Source of the DNA: Polymyxa betae A26-41
Taxonomy: Eukaryota; Protista; Endomyxa: Phytomyxea
DNA: 64,000 bases
Direction of reading: 5' to 3'
Assembly (NCBI GenBank): GCA_003693705.1
Contig: RBZT01000855.1
Span: forward strand, 1 to 64,000
A program made the position numbers and the translations under genes. A model generated the notes under the pieces. The model had not been told where the DNA came from, searched no databases, and worked only from the letters and a program-made list of their open reading frames with translations. Shown here one piece after another: positions 13,723 through 26,873 of the stretch (the first letter of the stretch is position 1; each line of letters opens with the position of its first letter).

Positions 13723-16700
13723 TCAACCATAACTAAGATTTGATTCTCGACGAGCAGAACGTATTGGGGGCAAATTGTTTTTGGGACTCCCAGATCCGGC
13801 AATCGACACATTAGAGTTTACTGGTGTTGACATCAAAGCTTCCGAAACAGTTCGTTGATGGCGAACATTGCTTTTGGAACTAGATCTCTTTGATTCTACA
13901 GTACGCCCGGTGGCAGAAGAAATTGACTGCTTAATAGAAACAGTGTTAGCGCCTGCATTCTGTTGACCTAGTTCAGCAATGAATTCGCTACTTAGGTCGT
14001 TGTCCTTCAACTCTTTCCTGGATAACGCATCAGCATTACTGTCTTACAAATCGATTTGCTATTGCTGTTTACCGTCTATGGCACAAGCTGTCGTCAAAAT
14101 TGAAAGCACAATAGCTACAACACACGATTGCTGTGATAGCAATGGCTATACCCCCAAGTATGAGCTGAACACGGCGATCTTCGACATTCAAGTTCATTAA
14201 AGCAGACCATAACGACTGCGGTACGATAGGTGGAAGACTCTCATCGATATACCTAACGAGAATCAAAATACTGCATATTAAAACTGGGGACACGGATACC
14301 TATCAGGGGGAATTATACCTCCAGGAAACTCGACACTACAGGGAGTATCAACAATACGACCTGTAGCAACCAGAGCATATGATTGGCCCTTGAACATTGG
14401 AAGTGATGATGCCTTTATGTTAACTGTGATCTCGACTCCAGGATTGATACTGCCAGGCAACGAAACCCGTTCAACTGTATTTAGAGAATCTGCTGATGTT
14501 CCGCCGTTTCCTACTTTGACATCAGATTATGCAATAGCAGGAAAAAAGTCTGCTGACCGTAGTATCTGCTTGAATCGACATTAGTATTTACAATCAAGTC
14601 AAGATCTTGGACTAGTGAAACTGATGCTGACAATGTTGCCGGATAATCAGTCCAAACCAATGTGAATCTTGGCGGATACAACGAATATTTGTATGCAACA
14701 CAAAATGTGTACGACTGCGTTTTCGTCCGATTAATGGCAGGATCAGCGCCCGACACACCCTATAAAGTTGTGCAATTGATCCATGATTGTTGTCAGTGAT
14801 GAGCCCTAACCGACCCTGGGTATAAAAGTTTTATGTTTGAAATCGTTATCGGTAAAATACAAAACATGATTGAGTTTCAACCTCCCGAATCCTTGCAGAT
14901 TATCCGGTGCACCCGATAAACCTTTTCTTGATAATATACCATCGTTAACGATTTCTTGTGAGGCGATCGGCCAGGCGCCGGAGACTGCAATTGCTTTTAA
15001 CAGAGCAGCTGAGGGAGAAAATCCTGAGCTGGAATCCGCAACTCCATTTTTTAGGAAGCCTTTCATCAAATATTCTCGAACTAATACTGAGGTGAATGTT
15101 TAGAAATTTCAGGTTAATCACCAAATCGATAACTAACGCATGTTTGACGCTACTAATGGAGTGGCCATTGACGTCCCTTGCAAAACTGCAAGATCGGTGT
15201 CTGTTCTTCCTAAACATCCTCGGCCCGCGCTGACTAGTGATCGCCCCGGGGCAACTAAATCGGGCTTAATACGACCATCACTAGTCGGCCCATGACTCGA
15301 GAAATCCGCCTACAACAATAACAGTTGAGGCTCGTCATCTGACTTCATCGCGAGCTTTACCAAATCATCTTGCGTATTTTCACCAAGATAATTGCTCAAG
15401 CTGCAAGAATTAGCATCGCTGAGGTTGCTGTAGCAGAATATATTTTGGAACATATTCCAAGAAGAAACCGAAGCTCCCACAGAAATGACATTCTTGGCTG
15501 TAGCAGGTGGCGTCACCCCTTTCGATCCCAAATTCCCGGCTGCAAACAGCAACAGCATATCAGGGTTATCCCAAACAAACTTGTCGACATCTTGGCTTGT
15601 TGACTTAATCACGCTTCACATTAATCACAAGCCAGATTGTTGGCGTTATTCCTACCGTATATTGCTGAAGCTGCGCTTTCGATCCCCAACTGTTGGTGTT
15701 CACACGAGCCCCTGCCGCATAAGAATATGGAAAATACATGGTATCTAGAGAGGCCGGCAACTCAACATCATCCCCATTTTGGATATCGAAGAATGCGATG
15801 CGAGCTTCGGAGGAGATCCCATCATATTTGGAGAATCCATCCGGGTCGTTCAACACCTTCCCAGCGAGGGTGCCAGCCACGTGGGTCCCATGACCATCCT
15901 CATCGATGTTATCTCCAGTATCGGGCACGATATACTGTATGATTTTCCGATGGCGGCTGGGGCGTACGCTCTTAGGGTCTGTGAAGCTAGTGACATAGCT
16001 GAAGTTCACGGCGTGATTTGGATCATAAAAGAAACAGCTGGATGATGATAGACCAGAATCACTGATTCCGATGACCTGGTCTTGACCAACAATCCCTGAT
16101 CTATTCGTGAGCAGAATCCAGATTGTCTGGTCAAAGGCTTACCGTGTTTGGCGAATAGAAGAGATGCGTCCTGCCCGCCTACTGGATCGTCGTTTTGCAC
16201 AAGCGATTTGGCCCAATAGTTAGCAAGCGCAAATCTTTCTCGTCTTACAATCTGATAAACTTCAGGTTTCTCGGCGAACCAGGCACTGATAACATTCAGC
16301 TCGTGATTTGTTGAAATAGGTTGATTATTGAATGCTATCGAGGAAACCATCAATCGATTTGTATATGGTATTGGATCAATTTGCAGTGTGCAATTCAGTT
16401 CAGCATGAACTTCGGTAGACCAAAGGCCACGAATCTCCTGAATCAGGCCATCGGCGTATGAGACTTCGGGTAATGTTATTATTAGTTGGAAAATTTGATC
16501 CTGAGGGTCATCTTCCAGGACTAGAAATCGCTTTGATGATTTTTCTTGAACAGGTTCGTATTTATATTTGGAATCCCAGATTCCGGTCCAGGTGATTTCT
16601 TCCATTTGTTGGATAAGACGCATTGCTCCGGGAGTTGTGTACACAACGAATGCATTATAGGGTATGTACCAAGTGAGGTCGTTGTCGATAAGCTTACGAA

Positions 16701-16959
16701 CGGCTTCCTTAGTTTGATCCGAAACCGAGTCGGTAAATTGCACGATATAGTGTTGCTTTGAGTTTGCACCTAAAGCTGCAAAAGATTGATCTATTCGCAG
16801 AGGTTCAGCAGAAGCTGTATCAATGACTCCTGCCTTTAGCATGAGCAAGTGAGATCTGCTGAAACCATTGTGAGTCTCCTGCTGACCAGAGGTTTCAAAT
16901 CGGTTTGAAAGAATGGCGATTAATATGCAGAGGGACCACTTGTTGAAGACTCTTTGCAT
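13723..16959 (-). CDS. Membrane-anchored subtilisin-like S8 serine protease (KP-43/TagC-like)
   Basis: Signal peptide; catalytic D (ISDSG), H (DGHGTHVAG) and S (GTSMATP); FAAGN; [10 protein letters not shown]; [12 protein letters not shown]; C-terminal beta-domain (TLVWTD...QDLDL); TM helix [16 protein letters not shown]. Confidence 0.9.
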
Positions 16960-17532
16960 CTGTCTGCAAAGTTTTCTCTGTCTTAAGCAAGACGAAAAAC
17001 TTTAAAAGATAGTACCCTGGTGATCTGTTGCAAGAACAATGATTTTAGCTTCGAATGTGAAAGACTAAAACGATTTTGATCTATAAGCACATATATGCTG
17101 TTCTAAAGTCCAAAGCTGCATATTGACAGTGCCCATTGAAACTAATGCGAAGATTTAGAAACAAAAAAAAAACAGATTTCGTGGATGTGCCAGCTTATCG
17201 CGCCATGGACGTCTTTGGTAAAAAACGGATTTGACACAAAACTTTAGTGAGCACAATCACCACATGATCCAGTCTAGTCTTCCGACCACTTCAGCAAAAT
17301 TCGATTCCAGGCAGCTCCGAAATCGGCGATGAAGCTCAACATTCAGCAAACTGAGGTGCGGAGTTAGCAAGCCATTGCCGAATTCGTAATACCGGAGCTT
17401 CTGGGACTCACGTTTCACAAGTCCGACTCTGGCCAAGGCGACGCCCCAACGCCAAATTAAGTGACTTATCACTAATCGACAAGTCATTCGTAATTTCATT
17501 GTCGAAGTCTTCGTCGTCGTCTTTCGTTCATA

Positions 17533-19295
17533 ATGGCTCGAGGAGAGACCGTTGTCCAAAACGTCCCATTGAAAGCAGCTGACCCTGCCGTTTATGAAAT
17601 TCTTCAGAAAGAAATGCGACGCCAGTATGAAGGCCTGGAACTGATTGCTTCTGAGGTTACTTTAACATACCCCTTTGTTATGCATAATGTGATCTAAATT
17701 AGAACTTCACCTCGCAAGCTGTTATGGAAGCCTGTGGAAGTGCCTTCACCAACAAGTATTCCGAAGGATTGCCTGGTGCTCGCTATTGTATGCTGTGAAT
17801 CAGATGTCATCATTGTCTGACAACGGTTGAATCAGACGGAGGGAATGAATACATCGACGAATTAGAAATTCTGACTCAGAAGCGGGCGTTGGAAGCATTT
17901 AATCTTGACCCATCAGAATGGGGTGTCAATGTCCAACCTTACTCTGGATCGACTGCCAATTTCGCGGCCATGACCGCTGTGCTTCAACCCAACGACCGGT
18001 ATGCTGTTATTCCGAACCTTCATATGTGTCCATGACAATCGCTAAGCTTGATGGGCCTGGATCTGCCTTCTGGAGGCCATCTCTCTCATGGGTTCTACCG
18101 AGGTCACCGAAAAGTCAACTGTTCTGCAATCTACTTCCAATCTCTCCCATACAAGGCAAACAGTCTGCAAATTGTTTTCAGATGATTCCTAAATAATTGG
18201 TCATAGGTCAATTTTAAAACTGGTTTGATCGATTACGATGCCTTAGAAGAGACAGCTGCTGTATTTAGTCCCAACCTGATCGTAGCCGGAGGCAGTGCCT
18301 ATCCTCGAGAATGGGACTATAGCCGCATGCGTTCTATTGCCGATAAGAACAAGGCTCTGTTGTTAACTGACATGGCCCATATCAGTGGATTGGCTAGTTA
18401 CTTTAGCTCACGCTTTATTGTCACTGACATTGCAAAGTACAGGTTGCTGCTGGGGTAGTCGATACACCCTTTCGGGACTCCCATATCGTTACTACCACTA
18501 CTCATAAGAGTTTAAGAGGACCTCGTGCTGCCTTGATCTTTTACCGAAAAGATAACGAATTTGTAATGGCGATTCCTTTGTTTACTGAAGTTCCCTGAGT
18601 TGATTGGCAGAATCTTGAACGCCGTATTAACGCTGCTGTTTTCCCTGGGTGCCAAGGCGGTCCACACAACCATGCGATTGCTGGTGTCTGCGTCCAGCTA
18701 GATGAAGTCAATACACCTGATTTTAAGGCCTATGCAGCCCAAGTACTGAATCTCCACTGTTATTTCCCTGCACTTTCTAAGTTGTCCTAGGTCGTAGCAA
18801 ACGCAAGAGCCATGGCGAACTCGTTAACTAAGCTTGGCTATTCCATCGTTTCTGGCGGGACTGACAATCACCTGTTGCTTTGGGATGTTCGTCCTCTCGG
18901 TTTGACAGGAAGCAAAATCGAACATTTGTGTGATTTAGTTGGAATCACTCTAAACAAAAACAGGTGTGTTATTCTCAGGTTCCATCAAATCGTCAATAAC
19001 TGTTGATAGCGTGTTTGGTGACGCTTCTGCAATGTCGCCTGGAGGTGTTCGTATCGGAACGCCCGCTTTGACCTCTCGCGGTCTTGTGGAATCCGATTTT
19101 GTAGTCATTGTGGAGTTTTTGGACAAAGTTGTTAAGCTGTGCTTGAAAATCCAGGATGCTGCAGGCACCAAAACTTTGGCTGACTTTAAAGATGGAGTGA
19201 AGTTTGAATTAAAAGCAATCGAGGCTCTTCATGACGATGTCAAGAATTTCGCAAGATCGTTCCCCATGAAAGGTTTCAATGCTGAAGATTTGTAG
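17533..19295 (+). CDS. SHMT: Serine hydroxymethyltransferase
   Basis: [58 protein letters not shown] (PLP lysine), [29 protein letters not shown]. Confidence 0.97.
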
Positions 19296-19412
19296 TAATC
19301 CCGGCCTCAAGTTAACGGCTCAGTTTCTTCATAGTTACAATCGATAAATGCTATGAATATGGTTTAATTACCTGAAACCAGGTACGATTTGGATCGAAAT
19401 CACAGGTTGCAA

Positions 19413-20596
19413 ATGAGGGAGCAATGCAATCCACAGAGCGTATGTGAGAAAGAAGAAGTGTTGATCCCTCAGCCAGGTAGCATTCTGGATGGAAAATGGA
19501 GAATCGATGATTGCAGACAACTCGGCACTGGTGCTTTCTCAACAGTGGTCCGAGCTACCAACGTCAAAGATCTGGATCCGACAACGGTAGCACTAAAAAT
19601 TGAGCATATGGAAAGCCAGTACTGCCATTTAAAACGCGAAGCAATTATACTCAAAGGTAGTGAAAACCGTGTTAAGAAGAGTTGAGCAACAACGCAAAAA
19701 CTGTAGGTCTAAAGGGAAATCGACATTGTCCAAAGTTTATCTCCTACTTTGAAGATAAAGCATACAAGGTGCGAGGTAAACTTGAAGGCAACAACGAGAT
19801 TAAAAATTGTCAAAAGCGATCGTGACAGGGCTTGCAATGGAGAAGCTCGGGGATTGCTTCCGAACAAAACGGATTGAATCTGATTTGATATTGAACTTTG
19901 CCTTTCAAGCAATGGAAGCCCTTTATGATTTGCATAATTCTGGATTTGTCCATAGGTATAATGCCGCTCTAGCAAAACAGATCCTCAGATAAGAGATTTT
20001 ACCATCGTTAGGGACGTCAAACCGAGCAACTTCTGTAGAGGATTATCTAATGATAACGACATTTACTTAATCGATTTCGGGCTCTCTGCAATGATTGACG
20101 ACAGTGGCGAGCCCGGCGACAGGTTCATTGGCACCAAGAGATACGCCTCCAGCCGAGCTCATCAAGGTCTTCCAGCTCGACCCATCGATGATTGCTGGTC
20201 ACTTCTCTTCACCGTTATAGAAATGGACGAGGGTATGACCTGATTACATTACCATCACGTCAACTCACGTTATTCTAAGGACAACTTCCCTGGCAAGATA
20301 AATCTCTCTCTATGGAGGAAGTCCTTACGACCAAGCAATCTTGGATCGAAGGAAACAGACCATCACGTTCAGAATGGATCAACCAGCTGTTTCATCATCT
20401 GAAGCATTGCGGCGACCAGGTTGATCACGATTTCATGATGGATATCATCAGGTGCCAGTTTCGTCCCAGCGAACAAGTCCTTACAATGGATCCGAAAATG
20501 TTGATTGAAACCTGCAAGCGGCCTAAAACACCGAATGGGACACCTTTGTCTAAGATTAATACTTACAGGCAACGCAGGTTTCGAACTGTCGAATAA
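19413..20596 (+). CDS. CK1-group Ser/Thr kinase (TTBK/Asator-like)
   Basis: LGTGAFS, VALKIE, LAMEKLG, HRDVKPSNF, YLIDFGL, FIGTKRYAS, DDCWSLLF, LPW. Start codon approximate. Confidence 0.85.
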
Positions 20597-20774
20597 ACTA
20601 TACAGCAGAGAAAAATCAAAAACAAACTCGGAAACCGGAAACACCACAGTTTGAAAGCATTTGAAGAGAATCTCCGCTGTTCTTATGTACGGTAACACAA
20701 TGAACTGTTCATAGACATGTCACTTGGCAGCCGACTTTCTCATTGCTAATTGGGCTGATATTGGCTGCTACATC

Positions 20775-22308
20775 ATGTCGGTCCAAATACGATTATATAG
20801 AGCGCTGCTGAAGGCGAGTCGACGTTTCGATGCGATGGCTCAGCCAAGGTCAATCGAGCCTTTACTGAATTCACCTGTTGTTTCTCGTCACGCTGGGTTC
20901 GAAGTTTTCCTGGGCGAAAAAACAGCGACGGAATGCATTCAGGAATGCTTCCGGCGGCAGAAACACACTGACTATGCAACTGGTGCTATAGATGATGGAT
21001 TCCATTGTCTGCGGGCTCTGCAAGCAGCAGAAGATCTGGCGCAAGAGAATTTGCTTGTTGACAGCGACGATGCTGAATATTCTAATGACGAAGAAGAGGA
21101 TGATTATGAAACCGAGGATAATGCTGACATGCAAGGCCTTGATCAGCCTGTTGTCCACCGAATCGCAATTTTTCCTTATCGACCCCATCTCATTCACGAG
21201 CCTTTTGAATTGGAAGATTTGCTGCGCAGAAGCCGACGTAGGACTTCAACTTCAGATCGTCCCAAATGTAATCCGGGTCAGCTGAAAAAGCGCTGTTCAC
21301 AACAGGTAGTTGAAGCTTAATGCCATTTTTTTTCAATTTCGTTCGCTAACCTTTCCATCAGCTAACATTGGAGCTGATATCTGCAATTGAAAATGAGGAC
21401 GCTCTTACAGTGCAGAGCATCACCTCAGACATCCTCGATGTTTCTGTAAACCTTATCCCTAAAGCTATGCTTTCTTCTGTAATTGAGTCCTGCTGCTCTA
21501 CGTTAAATAGTCAGCTTGTATTCGAGCTATTTGAAAAGCTTCGTAAACAGGTACTTGTTCTATAGCTATTCGACATGCCAACTAATGGATGTGTAGGGAA
21601 ATACAGCTTCTCCTATGATTTTATTCCCGCTTTTTCAGCATGCTGGAGCATACGATGATGTATCTGCTGCCTTTGCAGCCTTACGTGAAACGCGGTGGGC
21701 ATTGAAACGTATTGCTCCGGTTGCTGTTGAATGCGAGCCGGATGATCTCTTCGATAAGGCGTCCATCCATGCTGTCATGTGGATTTGTAGCAATGTTTGC
21801 CAACATGAAGTTGCTGAAAGATTGTTTAAGCTGATGACTGATCGTGGTGGGCGACCCGATATAATTACCCTGCTAATTCTGCTCCGCTCTATTTGTATCA
21901 GATCAGATCCAGATATTCCTCGAGCGATTGAATTGTTGTCCAACTTGGAGAAAGAATGGAACATTTCTCCCAATTCGGATGCCTTTAATTTACTATTATT
22001 TGCGTGCTACAACAGGTATACTCTCAAACACTGGTGAAGCGATCCACTAATTTATGCATTGTAGTCCAGCGTACAATTTGGATGATGCCATCAAGCTGTT
22101 GCGCAGCATGGAAAGGCGTAATGTCCAGCCGACAAAAGAATCTTATCAAGCGCTGTTGCTGTGTGCTGCAAAAGACGAAAAGGAACGATTTTCCAACATT
22201 TCCTCGCAGCTTAATTCTATCTTGAGCTCTTTGGACAAAGCCGGGTTTAATGTAGACGACCTGATCAACGACATAGCTAGTAAACTTGCTGCAAGATGGC
22301 GCCTTTAA
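20775..22308 (+). CDS. LYR-motif N-terminus + acidic linker + PPR-like repeats (probably mitochondrial)
   Basis: RLYRALLKASRRF...IQECFRR; later PPR-like units (AERLFKLMTDRGGRPDIITLLILL, SPNSDAFNLLLFAC, AIKLLRSMERRNVQPTKESYQALL). Confidence 0.7.
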
Positions 22309-23095
22309 TCAGTAATGCTGTGCAGACTACACATAGTTTCTGACGAAGTGTATTCTGACAGTGAATCCACGTACCCGTTCAAGTCCAATTCAATTTGGCA
22401 GCACATGGGCTGCTGTGTCAGATTCTTACTGTCATTGTGGCCAGCTGATCGATACTGGAACTTCGTCGGGTCGATTCGCTTCCGCGATCGTTTAACAAGT
22501 GTGAAGTCTTGTATTTATCTTTGTGTATTTATACACAGCTGGAAGTTTCACGAGATTCAGCGAGCTGTTTTCAAGACATCCAGTGGATTCAACCAGTCAT
22601 CCTTGCTGTAGGTCAGATCATCAGATGTTGCCATGCATTTTGTTCGTGCTGCGCTACTGGTTTCAAATCGTTTAAGTAGTTTGGGTTCTGATTAGTTTGT
22701 TTGGCCTCAAGTTTCAGTCGGAATCAGCGGATAAGGCGCGGGATTAGAGAGTGTCACAAGACCCAACCTAACTACTGGCTCTTCACATCTCAATAATGAT
22801 AGATATAATACAGCTTATGATGTCTGCGAACAAAATGGATCAAGATGGCAAAACCGGGCTTTCGATTGTTTTGTTATATAAAATGCACATTATACAATGC
22901 ACATTCTCAGTAAGCAATTGTAATGAGCCCTGGATCAAAATGTTCAAAGATGTTTGGTGCACTCAGCTGTCTCATACTTGATCAAAGCTTTGGGGCTTCT
23001 TTGACATATAATTTTTGCTTTTGTAACGGCAGGTTGCCCATTACGATTAACCCCCCTGGGCTGTCACGACTCTTCATGGCTGTGGTCAGAATCGT

Positions 23096-26000
23096 ATGAA
23101 GACTCAGGAAATTGGCAATAGTTGGGCTACTCAATTCAATAAATTGTATGCTGACCTTTCGAGCTAATCAAATGCTTAAGTATCGTTCCCTTTGACGCTG
23201 CCGGATGCGGTATGTTAAATACGTAAGGGGGGTCCTGCTCTCCAACACACGGACCGATGTTACATTAGGAGTCATTTCAGTCAATCTGACTGAGGCCGGG
23301 GGGGTGTTCTGTATTAATTTCAAAAGCTCTCCAGTTGCATCGAGGCTGATCTGCAGCGCTCCCTGTTACGATGACGATCCCGTCGCAGCGAAGGTGAATA
23401 ATCTGATACGGCCTCGTCCCAAGGGTGCTGGCATGATGACACGTGAAAACAGGAGGCCTACTGGTGCCGATCATTATGCATTTTTTGCAATGCTACGAGA
23501 TCTTGCCGATATGCCAATTCTTCGGGGGACATTCGTCCAATTCAAGCTTGTTGAGCAGATTACTGATGGCACGATGCTTTCGCATAGGATCCGGGGTCCC
23601 GCTAGGGCTTACCGTCAGGCAAATAAGAAACAATTACAAACCCCAGTGGCTTTACTGACAAATCTTACAGCTGATAGCTCGCTGCCTTCGTATAATTCAT
23701 TCTACCATTTTGATAGTGAAGGAATCTAACAGAAGCGATTTATCAGGTGAAAATGACTATTTTATGAGACCGCCTTTTAAGGATTGTTAGATACCTTTTA
23801 TGTTGTACCTGGCTCGAAGAGGTAGACATGCGGGTGTTTTGTGACGTTTTCTAACCATTTTAGCCATTCGTTCCAATGTGGTAATTGGACTGCTCTGTTC
23901 GTAAATACATTTATTCCTGGCCATAATTCTCAAGACAATATTGGGATACATGTCTCCAAAGATGAGTTCCTTGATGCTCTTCAATCAGAAACTATCTCGA
24001 GGGATATTTTGCAAACGATTTGGCAGCGTCTAAGCGAAGAATTAGCATCAACTCCTGATGAGAGCAGGAAAGCCGAATTGCGGAAACATATGGTACCTCT
24101 TTCTCGTTGTTATTCTCGTTTTAACAAGTTTCCAATGCAGATTGTCACGTTGTTAATCTGCAAATATGCGGAATCGCACCCAGATGAGATCGATGTTCCT
24201 GGTCATCGAGTTTCCCTTCGTACCATTCTAGGAGCAGAGATGCTGAAATTGCGGATGTCGTCTAAAACCGGAAATTTCTTCTGTTTTGATCCCTCAATTG
24301 ACGATATCAAACGCAGTCTTCGAACAGAGTTGGTCGACCTATTAACGTTGGGACGTATTATTAGTTCCCCTGAGCATTTTGTTGCCATGCTACATCATAT
24401 GGCAATCACTGCCTTGGAAATGCTTTCATCCTTTGAAGCCACAGTGTCTGCTTATTTGGGAACGGTAAGCCATCTCCTGAACAAATTTCTAGTAGTGATA
24501 GTATTTGTAGATTCCTCAAATCACTGATATCCCTTGTTTAACATCCAGGCTATTAGCAAGCATAGTCCATGAAAGGCTTTGCTTAAGGAGATTAATCACT
24601 AGGCTCCAGCAGAACTCGTTTGGCGAATTATTCAGTCGGTGCCTAGCTACCGCACAAGAAATGACCCCTGACGAGAAACGTATCAAAAAAAAAATTACGT
24701 TGACCATCACTCATTTAATTTGAAAAGGGTTGCTTGATCTTAGCTCAAGCATAGAGATTTATGTCGAGCATTTACAAAAGGTTTTCTTTGGAGGAAGAAT
24801 CGAATGTTTTCGAAAATTAGAGGGTTATCGGATAAGCTGGCACGATCTACTTGCAGCTTTGAGGAGACATCAAGCGCTGATGTTCTACAGAGACGCCAGG
24901 GTTGTAGCAGAATCATTGTATCTGTTCGGCTATTTCCTGATAGATCTTGATAAGAAATCGCTAATGTTTGTTGTCAGGAAACAGCTTGTATCTCACTGAT
25001 GAATTTCCCCATAGGTTGGAAAAACTCGAAGATGACCCGATGCAATCTGATAGGTATCTTCATCGCTTTCAAGACGTTGTTGATCTAGAAAAATTTCGTC
25101 CTTTCACCGACTGGTAAGCAATTCTGGTTTGTCCTATAAGTTTTAAATAACGCGCAGGCTTGAGCTGGACATCATTTCCCAATCTGAATCGGCCATTTTG
25201 GAAAAGCATGGAGGTCGAGCAACGGTTGATGTTTCTGGCCTGATGGATACTCTAGAAACCTATGCACACGTCACTGATTATCGTGCTGGGTCTTTCCGAT
25301 ATACTGGTGTATTTCTTGGAGATGCAGCTATCGCTCTTTTGATAGAAAGAGGACATGCTGCCGATGTTCTTCATGCACAAGCATTAATGGCTGTACTAAT
25401 GTCTACAAAAGCGATTAGGAGAGTTCCATTAGTCCTTGACGAAGGATTTCAAGCTGGCAGAATTTTATATAGGCTGGGATGCCATCAATGGGCCTCTGCA
25501 CGAATTAGTCAAAAAAAATTCTCCCTGATGGTAAAAAAGCATGTGCTTGTAATACAAATACTGTATGAACAAGAGTTTCTTCAGGTTGATTCTGCTTTCA
25601 TGGCTGGAAGAGCTGAGCATGTTACTGTTCGTCGGCATGAATCATATCGTGATCAAAAGTATCGAATTTGCGACATGGACTATTCGAACCTTCTAGAGCT
25701 GATTGTGAACCACATTCCGAATTCCTGTCAGAGCAGAAACTCAAACGTTATCGAGTTTTCTGGCGCCTCTTTGGTCTCGTTGCTGATGCATCATGTGGTG
25801 TGTATTGATGTCCCAAGTGGAGAGTTTCTAGGTCAGGTACTGTTGACAGCTGGGGTCATTACTGAGAAAGATGCTCTGTCAACTTTAAATGTATGTTGGG
25901 CTCTGTTTTGTTTGCAAGCAAAGTGTAGTATTTTTGACCTGATTGTAGAATAGCAATGCCTTTCGTTCCACAAGCAATTCCCTATATCAGCTAATCTCCA

Positions 26001-26450
26001 ATTTCTCACCCTCACAATGCCTTGACCAAACGCAAAAGCCTCTAAATGAGACTTTTATTGATAAAATTCGTAACATTGCTTGAGAGATCCAATGAAATCG
26101 CTGATCGAAATGTCAGATGGGCTATCTTCTCCAGAATCTATCGCCTCGCTTGTTTCTCGAATGAAGAATGAAATGCCTCTACACTCAGTTGCGCGATTTT
26201 TTAATGAGAACATCGTATATTTCAAAGCATCTGAGGCTATTCAGTTTTTCCAAAAGTAAGCTTAATGTTCGACAAAAGAAATGATGTTTTAAACTGCAAT
26301 AGGGCTGCCATCGTTAATTCTTTCGACGAAGCTATGCTGCTTGGACAATTTTTGCAGATAACCGGGGCAATTAGACCTCTTCGACCGCCTGGCGATTTTC
26401 CTGGTGCACATAAATTTGTGTTCTGTCAAGCAGACAAAGCGGGATTTTGA
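23096..26450 (+). CDS. Large uncharacterised protein with three C-terminal DEP-like domains
   Basis: Spliceable exon chain. Repeated DEP-like pattern: VFLGDAAIALLIERG...AQALMAVLMSTKAI; EFSGASLVSLLM...GEFLGQVLLTAGVI; YFKASEAIQFF...EAMLLGQFLQITGAI. 5' end approximate. Confidence 0.6.
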
Positions 26451-26587
26451 GAAAATGCACTTTATCTGTCCCAAAGATCTAGAATCCATTAATATAGGTA
26501 TTTATTCTTAACGACTACTGTACTTAAACCTAATTATACTCATGTAAACATGAAGTTCCCAGTTGATGCTGCTTGAATCTCTAGACA

Positions 26588-26635
26588 GAAAACTCTCGAT
26601 TTCAATCAAGTGAAAACTTTCGATTTCAATCAAGT
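26588..26635. repeat. 24-bp tandem duplication (2 copies, 1 mismatch)
   Basis: gaaaactctcgatttcaatcaagt followed by gaaaactttcgatttcaatcaagt. Confidence 0.9.
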
Positions 26636-26873
26636 CTCTTAGTTTTTCGTCATTCAGTCAGGGACGTCAACTGGCCCGTTTGTCCATTTAAGTTCTGGAA
26701 ACGTCTACGACAGTTGGACAGTGTCATAGCTGCGAAAAAACCTGTCTTATTATAAATCCAAATAGCCAAGCAAGTGTCGTAGTAACCTTAACTATTCGCC
26801 AATTGGCACGCTTTGCCACATAACGAATAGTGCGTTGGAACTTTAACCAATAGGCAACAGTTGTCATATCGCA

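Noticed and set aside
22310-23000. Possible small gene between the PPR and DEP genes
   Set aside because: Only short open frames; no consistent splice model on either strand.
26588-26635. Direct repeat as a CRISPR-like array or transposon end
   Set aside because: Only two abutting copies with no spacer, in a eukaryotic context; a simple tandem duplication.
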